The notes beneath the pieces were generated by a model, which did no database searches, was not told the origin of the DNA, and saw only the letters and a list, made by a program, of their open reading frames with translations. Shown here in pieces: positions 1 through 9,947 of a stretch of DNA of 64,000 bases. The stretch's first letter is position 1; each line of letters starts with the position of its first letter. A program made the position numbers and the translations under genes. This DNA comes from Elusimicrobiota bacterium (GTDB lineage: Bacteria > Elusimicrobiota > Elusimicrobia > F11): contig JBGAON010000005.1 of NCBI GenBank assembly GCA_044221725.1, forward strand, positions 96,001 to 160,000, given 5' to 3'.

Positions 1-1
1 C

Positions 2-496
2 AAAGGCGGACGTATTCCGAAAGAATATATTCCGTCCGTTCAGAAGGGATTGTTGGGTGCGCTCGACTCTGGCGTCGTTGCTGGATACCCGGTGGTCGAC
101 GTGAAAGTGACGCTTTTCGACGGAAGCTTCCACGAAGTGGACTCGAACGATATGGCGTTCCAGATTGCCGCATCGATGGCCTTCAAAGACGGATGCAAAA
201 AAGCGAATCCGTATTTGCTCGAACCAATCATGCGCATTGACGTCGTGACGCCAAAAGATTACATGGGCGATGTGATCGGCGACTTGAACCGTCGTCGCGG
301 TCGTATTGACAACGTCGAAGACAAAGGCGTGATTCAATACATTCACGGTTTCGTTCCGTTGTCGGAAATGTTTGGGTACGCGACCACGATTCGTTCGTTG
401 TCGCAAGGCCGCGCTTCTTACTCAATGGAGCCGAGTCACTACGAAGAAGTGCCGCGAAATATTGCAGAGGAGTTAGTCGCAACAGCAAAAGTTTAG
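2..496 (+). CDS. fusA: Elongation factor G, C-terminal part (5' truncated by window)
   Basis: Frame open from base 2 ([13 protein letters not shown]...[14 protein letters not shown]...LLEPIM...[21 protein letters not shown]), EF-G domains IV-V. Confidence 0.97.
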   Translation, partial: KGGRIPKEYIPSVQKGLLGALDSGVVAGYPVVDVKVTLFDGSFHEVDSNDMAFQIAASMAFKDGCKKANPYLLEPIMRIDVVTPKDYMGDVIGDLNRRRGRIDNVEDKGVIQYIHGFVPLSEMFGYATTIRSLSQGRASYSMEPSHYEEVPRNIAEELVATAKV

Positions 497-498
497 AG

Positions 499-591
499 CC
501 GTCATCCTGGCACGTTTTTAGCCAGGATCCATTTTTACTTCAGGTAAAGTGGGCCCTACATCCTAATCGATAAATAAGGTTGTAGGCGACG
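499..591. repeat. CGTC-tagged palindromic repeat, family A copy 1
   Basis: CCGTCATCCTGGCACGTTTTTAGCCAGGATCCATTTTT...GGGCCCT...GGCGACG; similar copies at 16252, 22176, 22971, 38468. Confidence 0.85.
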
Positions 592-606
592 AATTTAGGA
601 GAAGAT

Positions 607-954
607 ATGGCAGATAGAGCAGCAACTACTTTAGACGCGCAGAGAATTCGCATCAAATTGCGAGCTTACGATTATCGTATGTTGGACGATTCGTTGGCCA
701 AAATTGTGGACACCGTTCAACGGACCGGTGCGAACTTGTCGGGACCTGTTCTCTTGCCAACTTCCATAAAAAAGTATACAGTGCTGCGCTCTCCACACTC
801 GGACAAGAAATCGCGTGAGCAGTTTGAAATGCGAATTCATAAAAGATTGGTGGATATTGTAGAGCCAACACCTCGAACGGTAGAAGAGCTTCGAAAACTC
901 GATTTGCCCGCCGGTGTCGACGTCGCTATTCAACTCCCTAGAATAGACTTCTAG
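607..954 (+). CDS. rpsJ: 30S ribosomal protein S10
   Basis: [10 protein letters not shown]...[22 protein letters not shown]...LPAGVDV; SD AGGAG. Confidence 0.98.
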   Translation: MADRAATTLDAQRIRIKLRAYDYRMLDDSLAKIVDTVQRTGANLSGPVLLPTSIKKYTVLRSPHSDKKSREQFEMRIHKRLVDIVEPTPRTVEELRKLDLPAGVDVAIQLPRIDF

Positions 955-990
955 AGGAGATTTTTGCTGTTTTTTTAAAAAGAAAAATTT

Positions 991-1746
991 ATGGGTCAAG
1001 AAACGAAATTAAATAACGAAGAACAAAAAACCGGGGATGCCGGAGCAGCCGCTGCTGTTGAAGCAGCTCCGCTCAAAGGAATTGTTGGTACAAAAATTGG
1101 CATGACACGCGTGTTTGTGGATGATTCGCGCATGGTGCCAGTGACGGTAATTTCAACCGAAGGCAATGTTGTGACGCACGTGAAAACGAAAGCGTCCGAC
1201 GGTTACGACGCCGTGCAGGTTGGTTACGGCGATGTAGCGGATAAAAAACTTTCGAAAGCCGAAGTGAATCACCTGACGAAAAAAGGTTTGACATCGAAAC
1301 GCTGGCTCAAAGAGTTCCGCGTGAGCGATGTGTCTCCTTTTAAAGTGGGCCAGCCGGTTCCGGTCACGGTGTTCACGAAAGGCGAATGGTTGCAGGTGTC
1401 GGGCACAACGCGCGGCAAGGGGTACGCCGGTGTTATTAAAAGACACGGTTTTGCCGGTCTTCCGTATAGCCATGGTAACGGCGAATATCGTCGTCACCCG
1501 GGCACAAACGGTGCGCAAGGTCCGCAACATGTTCTTCCGGGAACGCGCAAGCCTGGTCACATGGGTGTTGTGTGGTCCACGGTCCCCAAAATCGAAGTTG
1601 TGGATGTTGATGCCGAAAGAAATTTGATTCTTCTCCGGGGATCGATCCCTGGTCCAAACGGAAACCTCGTTGTTCTTAAACCAACGAGCCGCGCTGTGAA
1701 GGTCTCAGTCCAACCTCAGCAAGCCAAGCCGAAAGCGAAGAAATAG
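991..1746 (+). CDS. rplC: 50S ribosomal protein L3
   Basis: GTKIGMTRVF...DGYDAVQVG...GKGYAGVIKRHGF...PGHMG; operon position. Confidence 0.97.
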   Translation: MGQETKLNNEEQKTGDAGAAAAVEAAPLKGIVGTKIGMTRVFVDDSRMVPVTVISTEGNVVTHVKTKASDGYDAVQVGYGDVADKKLSKAEVNHLTKKGLTSKRWLKEFRVSDVSPFKVGQPVPVTVFTKGEWLQVSGTTRGKGYAGVIKRHGFAGLPYSHGNGEYRRHPGTNGAQGPQHVLPGTRKPGHMGVVWSTVPKIEVVDVDAERNLILLRGSIPGPNGNLVVLKPTSRAVKVSVQPQQAKPKAKK

Positions 1747-1783
1747 TTTTAACCCAAAATCCCAGAGTTGAGATAAAGAATTT

Positions 1784-2419
1784 ATGGAACTTAAAGTTAT
1801 TGATAATTCAGGTAAACAAAGCGGCAGCGTGCAATTTGATGAAGCGCTCGTGACAACCAAAACATCGCCAGCGTTGTTGCACGAAGTTGTTGTCGCTTAC
1901 CAAGCAGGCCTTCGACAAGGTACCCATTCCGTGAAAACACGGTCGATGGTGTCCGGCGGTGGTCTTAAGCCATGGCGTCAAAAGGGCACCGGTAATGCGC
2001 GTTCGGGTTCAACGCGGTCCCCGCTCTGGCGCAAAGGCGGCGTTATTTTTGGTCCGGTCTCGCGCGATTACACACAGGCTCTTCCGAGAAAGAAAAAGCA
2101 AATTGCGTTTAAGATGGCCGTGAAAGCATTGATCGAAGACAATCGCATTCAAGTGGTTGATCCAATTAAGCTCACCGAAGCAAAAACGAAACACGTGGCC
2201 GCCGTGTACGCAAAGTGGCAAGCCCCCACCAATTCCATTTTCCTCGTAGAAAAATCCGATTCAAATTTCGCAAAAGCATCCCGCAACATTTCGAACGTCA
2301 CGGTGTCCGATGTCGCCACGTTCAACGTGTACGATTGTTTGCGCGCGCGCCGCGTGTTTATCACAAAAGCGGCGCTCGAACAGCTCACCGCGCGGATCTC
2401 CGCAAAGGCAGAAAACTAA
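1784..2419 (+). CDS. rplD: 50S ribosomal protein L4
   Basis: RQGTHSVKTRSMVSGGGLKPWRQKGTGNARSGS. Confidence 0.98.
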   Translation: MELKVIDNSGKQSGSVQFDEALVTTKTSPALLHEVVVAYQAGLRQGTHSVKTRSMVSGGGLKPWRQKGTGNARSGSTRSPLWRKGGVIFGPVSRDYTQALPRKKKQIAFKMAVKALIEDNRIQVVDPIKLTEAKTKHVAAVYAKWQAPTNSIFLVEKSDSNFAKASRNISNVTVSDVATFNVYDCLRARRVFITKAALEQLTARISAKAEN

Positions 2420-2420
2420 C

Positions 2421-2702
2421 ATGTCTGAAGTTTTGAGAAAACCTCTCGTCACTGAAAAATCCACGCGCATGCGCGAGGGCAACCAATACGTGATCGAAGT
2501 GGACACAGCGGCCAGCAAAGGTGCCATCCGTTCGGCCATCGAACAACGCTTCAAAGTGAACGTCGTGAGTGTTCGTACCGTGAAAGTTCTTGGAAAATAC
2601 CGTCGCAAAGTGGGACCGATGGGCGGTTATCAACCGGATCGCAAGAAAGCGATTGTGAGTATAAAAGAAGGCCAAACCATTAAGTGGGAGGAAGTAGCCT
2701 AA
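2421..2702 (+). CDS. rplW: 50S ribosomal protein L23
   Basis: MSEVLRKPLVTEKS...KKAIV; start at ATG 2421 just after the rplD stop. Confidence 0.96.
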   Translation: MSEVLRKPLVTEKSTRMREGNQYVIEVDTAASKGAIRSAIEQRFKVNVVSVRTVKVLGKYRRKVGPMGGYQPDRKKAIVSIKEGQTIKWEEVA

Positions 2703-2717
2703 GGCTCCTGAAATTTT

Positions 2718-3566
2718 ATGCCATTGAAAACATTTAAACCTTATACACCCAGCCGTCGATCAATGTCCGTCGAGGACTTTTCGTGGTTGACAAAGAAAGA
2801 ACCTGAAAAACGTTTGCTCCGTCCGCTGCCGAAAACCGGCGGTCGCAACAACACGGGACAAATCATGGTGCGCCACATTGGTGGCCGTCACCAACGCCGT
2901 TATCGCGTGATCGATTTCCGTCGCGACAATTGGGGCATTCAAGGTCGCGTTGTGGCGCTTGAGTACGACCCGAACCGCACGGCGCGCATCGCATTGATTC
3001 ATTTTGTGAATGGCGATAAGCGCTACATCATTTATCCCGAGGGCCTTAAGGTCGGCGACAAAATTTCGGCTGGTCCAAACGCTGAAATCAAAGTCGGTAA
3101 CGCGCTTCCTCTGCATGCGATGCCCGAAGGTAGCGTGATTCACAACATCGAACTCGTGCCCGGCAAAGGCGCACAAATCGTTCGTTCGGCCGGTGGTGCG
3201 GCTCAGTTAATGGCGAAAGAGAGAGAGTTTTGTCAGGTCCGGCTTCCGTCCGGTGAAATTCGTTTGATTCCGTCCACAGCGATGGCGACGATCGGACAAG
3301 TTGGAAATTTGGAACATGAAAATCTTTCGTGGGGTAACGCCGGTCGTTCGCGCCACATGGGTGTGCGTCCGACGGTTCGTGGTACGGCCATGAACTCGGT
3401 TGATCACCCGCACGGTGGTGGTCGCGGCCGTTCGAAAGGTAACAATCAACCGCGTTCGCCGTGGAATCAGCCCGCGAAAGGTTACAAGACACGCACGCGG
3501 CAACACACGGACTGGCTGATCGTTCGCGATCGCCGTGCCAACAAAGCCGTCGTGGCAGCTGCATAA
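2718..3566 (+). CDS. rplB: 50S ribosomal protein L2
   Basis: GGRNNTG...[12 protein letters not shown]...[19 protein letters not shown]. Confidence 0.98.
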   Translation: MPLKTFKPYTPSRRSMSVEDFSWLTKKEPEKRLLRPLPKTGGRNNTGQIMVRHIGGRHQRRYRVIDFRRDNWGIQGRVVALEYDPNRTARIALIHFVNGDKRYIIYPEGLKVGDKISAGPNAEIKVGNALPLHAMPEGSVIHNIELVPGKGAQIVRSAGGAAQLMAKEREFCQVRLPSGEIRLIPSTAMATIGQVGNLEHENLSWGNAGRSRHMGVRPTVRGTAMNSVDHPHGGGRGRSKGNNQPRSPWNQPAKGYKTRTRQHTDWLIVRDRRANKAVVAAA

Positions 3567-3592
3567 TTTAGGAATTCCGGAGGAACACTCAC

Positions 3593-3880
3593 TTGAGTCG
3601 CTCAACAAAGAAAGGCCCGTACATCGATCAAAATCTCATCGAAAAGATTGAGAAGATGAAAGAGAAAGGCGAAAAGAAAGTCATTAACACATGGGCCCGC
3701 AACTCGGACATCTCGCCGGATTTCGTCGGTTTCACGATCGGAATTCACAACGGTCGCAAATTCTTGCCGATTTATATTTCGGAACAAATGGTTGGACACA
3801 AACTCGGTGAATTTGCGCCGACCCGTTTCTTCAAAGGTCACGGCGCCGCTCACACGAAAGAAGCGTCCTCGCTTACATAA
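3593..3880 (+). CDS. rpsS: 30S ribosomal protein S19
   Basis: [11 protein letters not shown]...[16 protein letters not shown] start with GGAGG SD. Confidence 0.98.
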   Translation: MSRSTKKGPYIDQNLIEKIEKMKEKGEKKVINTWARNSDISPDFVGFTIGIHNGRKFLPIYISEQMVGHKLGEFAPTRFFKGHGAAHTKEASSLT

Positions 3881-3888
3881 AGGGAATC

Positions 3889-4227
3889 ATGGAATCTATT
3901 GCTATTGCCAAACATCAACGTTTTTCGCCCCGCAAGGTGGGCCAAGTTCTGGGTCTCATCCGAGGGAAATCGGTCGCGACCGCTTACAACATTTTGCCGA
4001 CCGTGCCTCGCGCTGCCGGTATCATGGTTTTCAAAACATTGAAAAGCGCATTCGCGAATTCCGGCGCCGGCGATGCGAACACGATGTACGTGAAAGAAGC
4101 GTGGGTGGACAATGGTCCGGTGCTGAAGCGCGTCATGCCGATGGCCATGGGCGCACGCGGCATCATGAAGCGAAAGACGTGTCACGTTACGATCCGGTTA
4201 TCGGATCAGAAACCAAAGAAAAAGTAA
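3889..4227 (+). CDS. rplV: 50S ribosomal protein L22
   Basis: SPRKV...IRGK...KSAFAN...KRKTCHVTI. Confidence 0.96.
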   Translation: MESIAIAKHQRFSPRKVGQVLGLIRGKSVATAYNILPTVPRAAGIMVFKTLKSAFANSGAGDANTMYVKEAWVDNGPVLKRVMPMAMGARGIMKRKTCHVTIRLSDQKPKKK

Positions 4228-4245
4228 AAAGTTTAGGAGAAGACA

Positions 4246-5031
4246 TTGGGTCATAAAATATCGCCAAAGGCACTTAGAGTCGGTTATATCCAGGATTGGG
4301 AATCGCGTTGGTACGCGCCCAAGGACATGCCGGATTTGATCGAAGAAGATTTTCGTATTCGCGCTTTCTTGAAAGAACGGTTCCGCATGGCGGCCTTGTC
4401 GAAAGTGACGATTGAGCGGACGGGAAAATATGTTCGTGTGAATTTGCACACGGCGCGTCCGGGTGTGATCATCGGTAAAAAAGGCGCGGATATTGAGGAA
4501 CTCAAGAAACAAGTTCAAGATATGACCGCGTCGGAAGCGACGATCAATGTTGTTGAAATTAAACGTCCCGAACTTGATGCTCAGCTCGTTGCTGAAAGCG
4601 TGGCGTTCCAATTGGAAAAACAAATTGCGTTTCGCCGTGCGATTAAACGTGCCATTGAACGAACCATGCAAGCGGGTGCTGGTGGAGTAAAAATTATGGT
4701 GGCCGGACGTCTGGGTGGCGCCGAAATCGCGCGCACCGAATGGGCCATGGAAGGCCGCGTGCCGCTTCACACGTTCCGTGCGGACATCGATTACGGATTT
4801 ACCGAAGCGCATATCACGATGGGCCGTATCGGCGTGAAATGCTGGATCTTCAAGAAGGAATTCTTCTTGAAATCCGAGAAAGATTTGCTCAAAGAAGCAG
4901 AAGTGACGCCGCTCACGGCGCCGACGCCAGTGGAAGTGGGCGTTGCGGCCGGAGTGGCACCGACCCCGGTAGAAGAAGCAGTGCTTTCGGCCGGTGAAAC
5001 CACCGAGAAAGATTCTCCGATTGAGGGATAA
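4246..5031 (+). CDS. rpsC: 30S ribosomal protein S3
   Basis: GHKISPKALRVG...ARPGVIIGKKG...GRLGGAEIARTE...GRVPLHTFRADIDYG. Confidence 0.98.
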   Translation: MGHKISPKALRVGYIQDWESRWYAPKDMPDLIEEDFRIRAFLKERFRMAALSKVTIERTGKYVRVNLHTARPGVIIGKKGADIEELKKQVQDMTASEATINVVEIKRPELDAQLVAESVAFQLEKQIAFRRAIKRAIERTMQAGAGGVKIMVAGRLGGAEIARTEWAMEGRVPLHTFRADIDYGFTEAHITMGRIGVKCWIFKKEFFLKSEKDLLKEAEVTPLTAPTPVEVGVAAGVAPTPVEEAVLSAGETTEKDSPIEG

Positions 5032-5037
5032 GATTTT

Positions 5038-5460
5038 ATGTTGATGCCAGCACGAGTTAAATTTCGCAAAAGCCATCGCGGTCGCTTGAAAGGTTCGGCT
5101 CACAAGGGTTGCACGCTTGCTTTTGGTGAGTATGGATTGCAGGCGCTTGCCAACAAGTGGATTACCGCTCGTCAAATCGAAGCGGCGCGGGTGGCGCTGA
5201 CGCGCTACACGAAAAAAGGCGGAAAGATGTGGGTCCGCATTTTTCCAGACAAACCAATTTCACAGAAACCAGCGGAAACCCGCATGGGAAAAGGAAAAGG
5301 CGACCCGGCGTTCTGGGTGGCTGTTGTGAAACGCGGTCGGATTCTTTTCGAGATGGAAGGAATTACCTCCGTCGAGGCCAAGCAAGCAATGAAAGTGGCT
5401 TCCGATAAATTGCCGATCCAGTGTCAGTTTGTTGACCGCGTCGGCGTATCAAGGATTTAA
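5038..5460 (+). CDS. rplP: 50S ribosomal protein L16
   Basis: [11 protein letters not shown]...RQIEAAR...ETRMGKGKG. Confidence 0.98.
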   Translation: MLMPARVKFRKSHRGRLKGSAHKGCTLAFGEYGLQALANKWITARQIEAARVALTRYTKKGGKMWVRIFPDKPISQKPAETRMGKGKGDPAFWVAVVKRGRILFEMEGITSVEAKQAMKVASDKLPIQCQFVDRVGVSRI

Positions 5461-5463
5461 GTT

Positions 5464-5688
5464 ATGGCGAAAGAAAAAGAATTTAATTACAAGCAGGCGA
5501 GCGAAGGCGATCTTCGTGCGCGCTTGCAAAAAACACAACAGGATCTGTTTAAGCTCCGTTTCCGCGCGGCATCCGCTCCCCTCAAGGATACGATGGCGAT
5601 TCGCAAATTGCGTCGTGAAGCGGCCCGCATTTCCACTTTTATGAATCAGAATGAGAGAGCTGCCGCTGCGCAGGGGAGTAAAAAATAA
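5464..5688 (+). CDS. rpmC: 50S ribosomal protein L29
   Basis: LFKLRF...IRKLRREAARIST; operon position. Confidence 0.94.
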   Translation: MAKEKEFNYKQASEGDLRARLQKTQQDLFKLRFRAASAPLKDTMAIRKLRREAARISTFMNQNERAAAAQGSKK

Positions 5689-5972
5689 TGAGCGAAGAAA
5701 CACGATCGTCACGGCGAGTTCTTGAAGGCTGGGTTGTGTCGGACAAAATGGACAAAACCCGCGTTATCGCGATTCGGTGGTCCAAGCGCGATTCGCACTA
5801 CGAAAAAGTGCAACGCGTCACCACAAAAGTTTACGCACACGATGAGAAGAACGAAACACACGAAGGCGACAAAGTGCGCGTGATGGAAACTCGTCCCCTT
5901 TCTGCGAAGAAAAGATGGCGCATCACCGAAGTGTTGGCCAAGAATCCGGCAGCGTTGGCGGCGGTGAAATAA
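5688..5972 (+). CDS. rpsQ: 30S ribosomal protein S17
   Basis: [11 protein letters not shown]...AHDE...[11 protein letters not shown]. Confidence 0.97.
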   Translation: MSEETRSSRRVLEGWVVSDKMDKTRVIAIRWSKRDSHYEKVQRVTTKVYAHDEKNETHEGDKVRVMETRPLSAKKRWRITEVLAKNPAALAAVK

Positions 5973-5973
5973 C

Positions 5974-6342
5974 ATGATCCAACAACAAACATATTTAACG
6001 GTTGCTGATAATTCGGGCGCGCGTGAGCTCATGGTTATTCACGTGTCCGGTTCGTCCGGCCGTCGGTACGCCGGCATTGGCGACAAAGTTGTGTGCGCGG
6101 TGAAAGATGCTCTTCCGGGCGCCACGATTAAAAAAGGTGACGTTGTGAAAGCGGTTGTGGTTCGTCAGCGCAAAGAATCGCGTCGCGTCGATGGAAGCTA
6201 TATTCGATTTGATGACAATGCCGGTGTCGTGATCAACGACGAAGGCGAGCCGCGCGGCACGCGTATTTTTGGTCCCATCGCGCGTGAACTTCGTGAAAAA
6301 AATTATTTGAAAATTATTTCGCTCGCACCGGAAGTGTTATGA
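5974..6342 (+). CDS. rplN: 50S ribosomal protein L14
   Basis: [16 protein letters not shown]...FDDNAGV...GTRIFGP...SLAPEVL. Confidence 0.98.
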   Translation: MIQQQTYLTVADNSGARELMVIHVSGSSGRRYAGIGDKVVCAVKDALPGATIKKGDVVKAVVVRQRKESRRVDGSYIRFDDNAGVVINDEGEPRGTRIFGPIARELREKNYLKIISLAPEVL

Positions 6343-6668
6343 ATTCAATTCGAAAGCACGACAAAGTAAGAATTCTTTGGGGCAAGGATCGCGGAAAGGA
6401 AGGCGAAGTGATCCTCGTTGAACCAAAGAAGAGTCGCGTTTTGGTGGCGAAGATCAATTTGGCAAAGCGGCACACGCGCCCACAGGGCCAGGCCGAAGGC
6501 GGAGGAATTAAAGACAAAGAGCTTTTCTTGCCGCTCGCGAAAGTGATGTTGATTGATCCGGACACAAAGAAACCAACGCGACCAAAGTTTGATCGGTTAA
6601 CGGACGGAACGAAAATCCGTCTGTGCCGCGCAACGGGCACCGTGATTCAAGAGCCAAAGAAACGATAG
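6339..6668 (+). CDS. rplX: 50S ribosomal protein L24
   Basis: KOW motif [17 protein letters not shown]. Confidence 0.96.
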   Translation: MNSIRKHDKVRILWGKDRGKEGEVILVEPKKSRVLVAKINLAKRHTRPQGQAEGGGIKDKELFLPLAKVMLIDPDTKKPTRPKFDRLTDGTKIRLCRATGTVIQEPKKR

Positions 6669-6685
6669 TTTGAGGAGATGTTTTT

Positions 6686-7273
6686 GTGAGCGCAGAGAGC
6701 AAATCAACTAATACAACACCACGGTTAAAAGAAGCCTTCGTCGCCGCTGGCGTGAAGATGCTTCAAGAGAAGCTGGGAAAAACGAACGTAAACGCGGTTC
6801 CGCGTTTGGAAAAAATCGTTATCAACATTGGCGTTTCGGCCGCACGTGAAAATATCAAAGCGTTGGATATCGCGACCGAAGAGTTGGCCCAGATTACCGG
6901 CCAAAAACCCACGGTTCGTAAATCCAAGAAGTCCATTTCCGCGTTCAAACTTCGTGAAGGAATGCCGATCGGTGTTGCTGTCACGCTGCGTGGCGCGCGC
7001 ATGTACGAATTTTTGGATCGGTTTATCTCGATCGCCGCGCCGCGTATCCGCGACTTCCGCGGGCTGAATCCGAGCGCATTCGATGGCGGCGGAAACTACA
7101 ATTTGGGAATCAAAGAGCAATATATTTTCCCGGAAGTGAACGTTGAAAAGTCCGACGCTCCCCGCGGCATGAACATCACGTTTGTGACGAGCGCACAGAG
7201 CGATAAGGATGCTTACGAGTTATTGAACGTGCTCGGATTGCCGTTCGCGAAAGATAAGAATAAGAAGAATTAA
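6686..7273 (+). CDS. rplE: 50S ribosomal protein L5
   Basis: PRLEKIVINIGV...ITGQKP...FKLREGMPIG...PRIRDFRG. Confidence 0.98.
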   Translation: MSAESKSTNTTPRLKEAFVAAGVKMLQEKLGKTNVNAVPRLEKIVINIGVSAARENIKALDIATEELAQITGQKPTVRKSKKSISAFKLREGMPIGVAVTLRGARMYEFLDRFISIAAPRIRDFRGLNPSAFDGGGNYNLGIKEQYIFPEVNVEKSDAPRGMNITFVTSAQSDKDAYELLNVLGLPFAKDKNKKN

Positions 7274-7282
7274 ATTTCATTA

Positions 7283-7354
7283 TTCCCTCTCCCTTTAGGG
7301 AGAGGGTAGGGTGAGGGAAAGCCCTCCCCTAGCCCCTCCGTAAACGGAGGGGAA
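7283..7354. repeat. CCCTCTCCC/GGGAGAGGG palindromic REP-like doublet (family B)
   Basis: CCCTCTCCCTTTAGGGAGAGGGTAGGGTGAGGG followed by an inverted partner CCCTCCCCTAGCCCCTCCGTAAACGGAGGGG. Confidence 0.8.
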
Positions 7355-7372
7355 TTCAAGGAGAACACATTA

Positions 7373-7558
7373 ATGGCTACATATGCTTGGATGGCAAAAA
7401 TGCGCAAGCCCCAGAAATTCGCAACGCGGTTTCACAATCGTTGCCGCTTGTGCGGACGTGCCCGCAGTTTCTATCGCGATTTTGGACTTTGCCGAATCTG
7501 CTTTCGGAACCTCGCGCACAAAGCGCAAATCCCAGGCATCTTGAAGTCGAGCTGGTAA
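7373..7558 (+). CDS. rpsZ: 30S ribosomal protein S14 (zinc-binding type Z)
   Basis: 61 aa, RCRLCGR...GLCRICFR...KSSW. Confidence 0.96.
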   Translation: MATYAWMAKMRKPQKFATRFHNRCRLCGRARSFYRDFGLCRICFRNLAHKAQIPGILKSSW

Positions 7559-7566
7559 GGAGATTT

Positions 7567-7956
7567 ATGGACCCGATTGCAAATATGTTGACCCAACTTT
7601 CGAACGCGAACCACAAGTTTAAAGAAACCGTGGATATCCCCGCATCGAAAGTGAAGACCGAAATCGCCCGTGTGTTGAAAGAAGAAGGATACATCAGCAA
7701 TTTTCGAGTTTCGCAAGACAAGCGCACGAACACCATTCGCGTCACGATGAAATATTCGCCAGCGAAAGAACGTGTGCTTCAAGGCGTGAAGCGTATTTCG
7801 AAGCCAGGTTTGCGGGTTTACCGCAAATGGTCAGAAATTCCGTCTGTTCAGAATGGTCTCGGAACCGCGATTGTATCGACGTCGAAAGGCGTTTTGGCTG
7901 GTCAACGCGCAAAAGAGAAGAAGCTCGGCGGCGAAGTGCTTTGTTTCGTTTGGTAG
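7567..7956 (+). CDS. rpsH: 30S ribosomal protein S8
   Basis: MDPIANMLT...SKPGLRVY...STSKGV...GGEVLCFVW; SD AAGGAG before 7567. Confidence 0.97.
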   Translation: MDPIANMLTQLSNANHKFKETVDIPASKVKTEIARVLKEEGYISNFRVSQDKRTNTIRVTMKYSPAKERVLQGVKRISKPGLRVYRKWSEIPSVQNGLGTAIVSTSKGVLAGQRAKEKKLGGEVLCFVW

Positions 7957-7982
7957 TTCGAAAGATTAATTAAGGATTTCAT

Positions 7983-8603
7983 ATGACGACTGTAGTTGAA
8001 AAAACAAAAAAAGAAGCGCCGTTATCCCGATTGGGCCGCAAGCCCGTTGAGATTCCGCAGGGCGTGAAAGTCACCGTTAACGCGGGCACGGTTCAAGCGG
8101 AAGGTTCGCGTGGAAAATTGAGTTGGACATTGCCGAGTTTGATCACGGCCAAAGTGGAAGGAAATTTGGTGAAACTTTCTCCGGTTGAAAACACCAACCA
8201 GAGCAAAGCGCTCCATGGTTTGTCGCGCAAGCTCGTGCTGAACATGGTGGAAGGCGTCACAAAAGGTTTTCAGAAAAGACTCGTCATTGAAGGTGTCGGT
8301 TTTCGTTCGGCGGTTGCCGGAAATAAACTGACGATGACATTGGGTTTTTCACATCCGGCGGTGTTCGAAATCCCGAAGGACATCAAAATTATTACAGATC
8401 CCAAAGCGCCAAGCTTTTTGGTGATTGAGGGCAACGACAAACAGCGCGTGGGCCAAGTGGCAGCGCAGATTCGATCGATTAAGAAACCGGAACCATACAA
8501 AGGAACCGGAATCCGCTACGAAAACGAAGTGATCAAACGCAAAGCCGGTAAAGCAGCGGCCGGTGCGGCTGGCGCAGGTGCAGCGGGTGGAGGGAAGAAA
8601 TAA
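7983..8603 (+). CDS. rplF: 50S ribosomal protein L6
   Basis: SRLGRKPVEIP...GVGFR...LGFSHP...PEPYKGTGIRY. Confidence 0.98.
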   Translation: MTTVVEKTKKEAPLSRLGRKPVEIPQGVKVTVNAGTVQAEGSRGKLSWTLPSLITAKVEGNLVKLSPVENTNQSKALHGLSRKLVLNMVEGVTKGFQKRLVIEGVGFRSAVAGNKLTMTLGFSHPAVFEIPKDIKIITDPKAPSFLVIEGNDKQRVGQVAAQIRSIKKPEPYKGTGIRYENEVIKRKAGKAAAGAAGAGAAGGGKK

Positions 8604-8956
8604 TGAAGGTTAAATCTCGCGCCGAGCGTTACAACTTCCGGAAACTGCGCGTTCAACAGCGGATTCGCAACGCCTCACTAAATCCTCGTTTGTCGGTGTA
8701 TCGCAGCTTGAAACACATTTATGCGCAAATCATTGATGATGCGCAAGGCAAAACGATTGTGTCGGCGTCATCAAAAGAAAAAGGTTTTTCAAAAGCCAGC
8801 GGTATCAAAGCAGCGACGATGGTCGGCGAAAATCTTGGTAAGAAAGCCGTGCAGAAAGGAGTTTCTGCGGTGGTTTTTGATCGCGGCGGTCGCCCGTATC
8901 ACGGCAGAGTAAAAGCGCTCGCTGATGGAGCGAGACAAGCAGGACTAAAGTTTTAA
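8603..8956 (+). CDS. rplR: 50S ribosomal protein L18
   Basis: PRLSVYRSLKHIYAQIIDD...VVFDRGG..YHGRVKALAD. Confidence 0.98.
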   Translation: MKVKSRAERYNFRKLRVQQRIRNASLNPRLSVYRSLKHIYAQIIDDAQGKTIVSASSKEKGFSKASGIKAATMVGENLGKKAVQKGVSAVVFDRGGRPYHGRVKALADGARQAGLKF

Positions 8957-8965
8957 GGGACGAAC

Positions 8966-9496
8966 ATGAATAAAATTGATGCAAGCAATCTCACATTAAC
9001 CGAAACCGTCATCAAGATTGGCCGCGTGGCCAAAGTGGTGAAAGGTGGAAAACGTTTTTCGTTTAACGCGCTCGTCGTTGTTGGTGACGGCCAAGGTCAC
9101 GTCGGCGTCGGACTTGGAAAAGCGAAAGAAGTCCAATCGGCGATCAAGAAAGGCGGCACGCAGGCCACGAAAGATGTTGTGAAAGTCGCGTTGTCCGGCA
9201 CGACGATTCCCCACGATACGATCGGGAAATTTGGTTCCGGAGAAATTTTGCTGAAACCCGCAGCGCCCGGAACCGGTGTTATCGCCGGAGGTTCGGCGCG
9301 CGCGGTGCTTGAGGCGGCCGGCGTGAAAGACGTTCTCACGAAATCCCTGGGCAGCCGCAACCATTTCAACGTGGTGTACGCGACGCTTATGGGTCTCAAA
9401 AATTTGAAGCTTCCTGAAGACGTGTCGCGTCTTCGCGGCAAAACCGTGGAAGCGGATCGCAAGTTCGTACAGGAGCCTGTCAATGCAGTTGCATAA
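8966..9496 (+). CDS. rpsE: 30S ribosomal protein S5
   Basis: [14 protein letters not shown]...[12 protein letters not shown]. Confidence 0.98.
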   Translation: MNKIDASNLTLTETVIKIGRVAKVVKGGKRFSFNALVVVGDGQGHVGVGLGKAKEVQSAIKKGGTQATKDVVKVALSGTTIPHDTIGKFGSGEILLKPAAPGTGVIAGGSARAVLEAAGVKDVLTKSLGSRNHFNVVYATLMGLKNLKLPEDVSRLRGKTVEADRKFVQEPVNAVA

Positions 9497-9929
9497 TTTA
9501 AAACCCGCGCCGGGTTCACGTCCGGCCAAACACATCGTCGGTCGCGGCGAAGGCAGTGGTCTCGGTCAAACGGCCGGTAAAGGCCAGAAAGGACAATCGA
9601 GCCGCACCGGCGACACGATCATGCTTGGATTCGAAGGCGGTCAAACGCCGCTTTTCCGTCGTATTCCAAAACGTGGATTTAATCATCCGTCGAAAATTAC
9701 CTACGAAGCGATCAATTTGATTGTGCTCGAAGAGAAATTCAAGGCCGGTGAGCAAGTGGACGCAGAGGCGTTGTTCAAGAAAGGCCTCATCAAAACGGCC
9801 GCCGTTCCTTACAAAATTTTGGGTGTTGGAAAACTGACGAAGTCTTTGAAGATCACAGCGAACAAGTTTTCGAAGTCCGCGGAGAAAGCAATTAAGGCCG
9901 CGGGTGGTACGTCGGCAGCGGTGAAGTAA
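9483..9929 (+). CDS. rplO: 50S ribosomal protein L15
   Basis: [19 protein letters not shown]...[18 protein letters not shown]. Confidence 0.97.
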   Translation: MQLHNLKPAPGSRPAKHIVGRGEGSGLGQTAGKGQKGQSSRTGDTIMLGFEGGQTPLFRRIPKRGFNHPSKITYEAINLIVLEEKFKAGEQVDAEALFKKGLIKTAAVPYKILGVGKLTKSLKITANKFSKSAEKAIKAAGGTSAAVK

Positions 9930-9947
9930 GCTTCGGTTCCGGTTTTC

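Noticed and set aside
7387..7566. N-terminally extended S8 (also extended L23 from 2310, L36 from 12927, RpoA from 14805)
   Set aside because: The extensions overlap upstream genes or repeats, or lie upstream of the SD; homology and SD position support the downstream ATGs.
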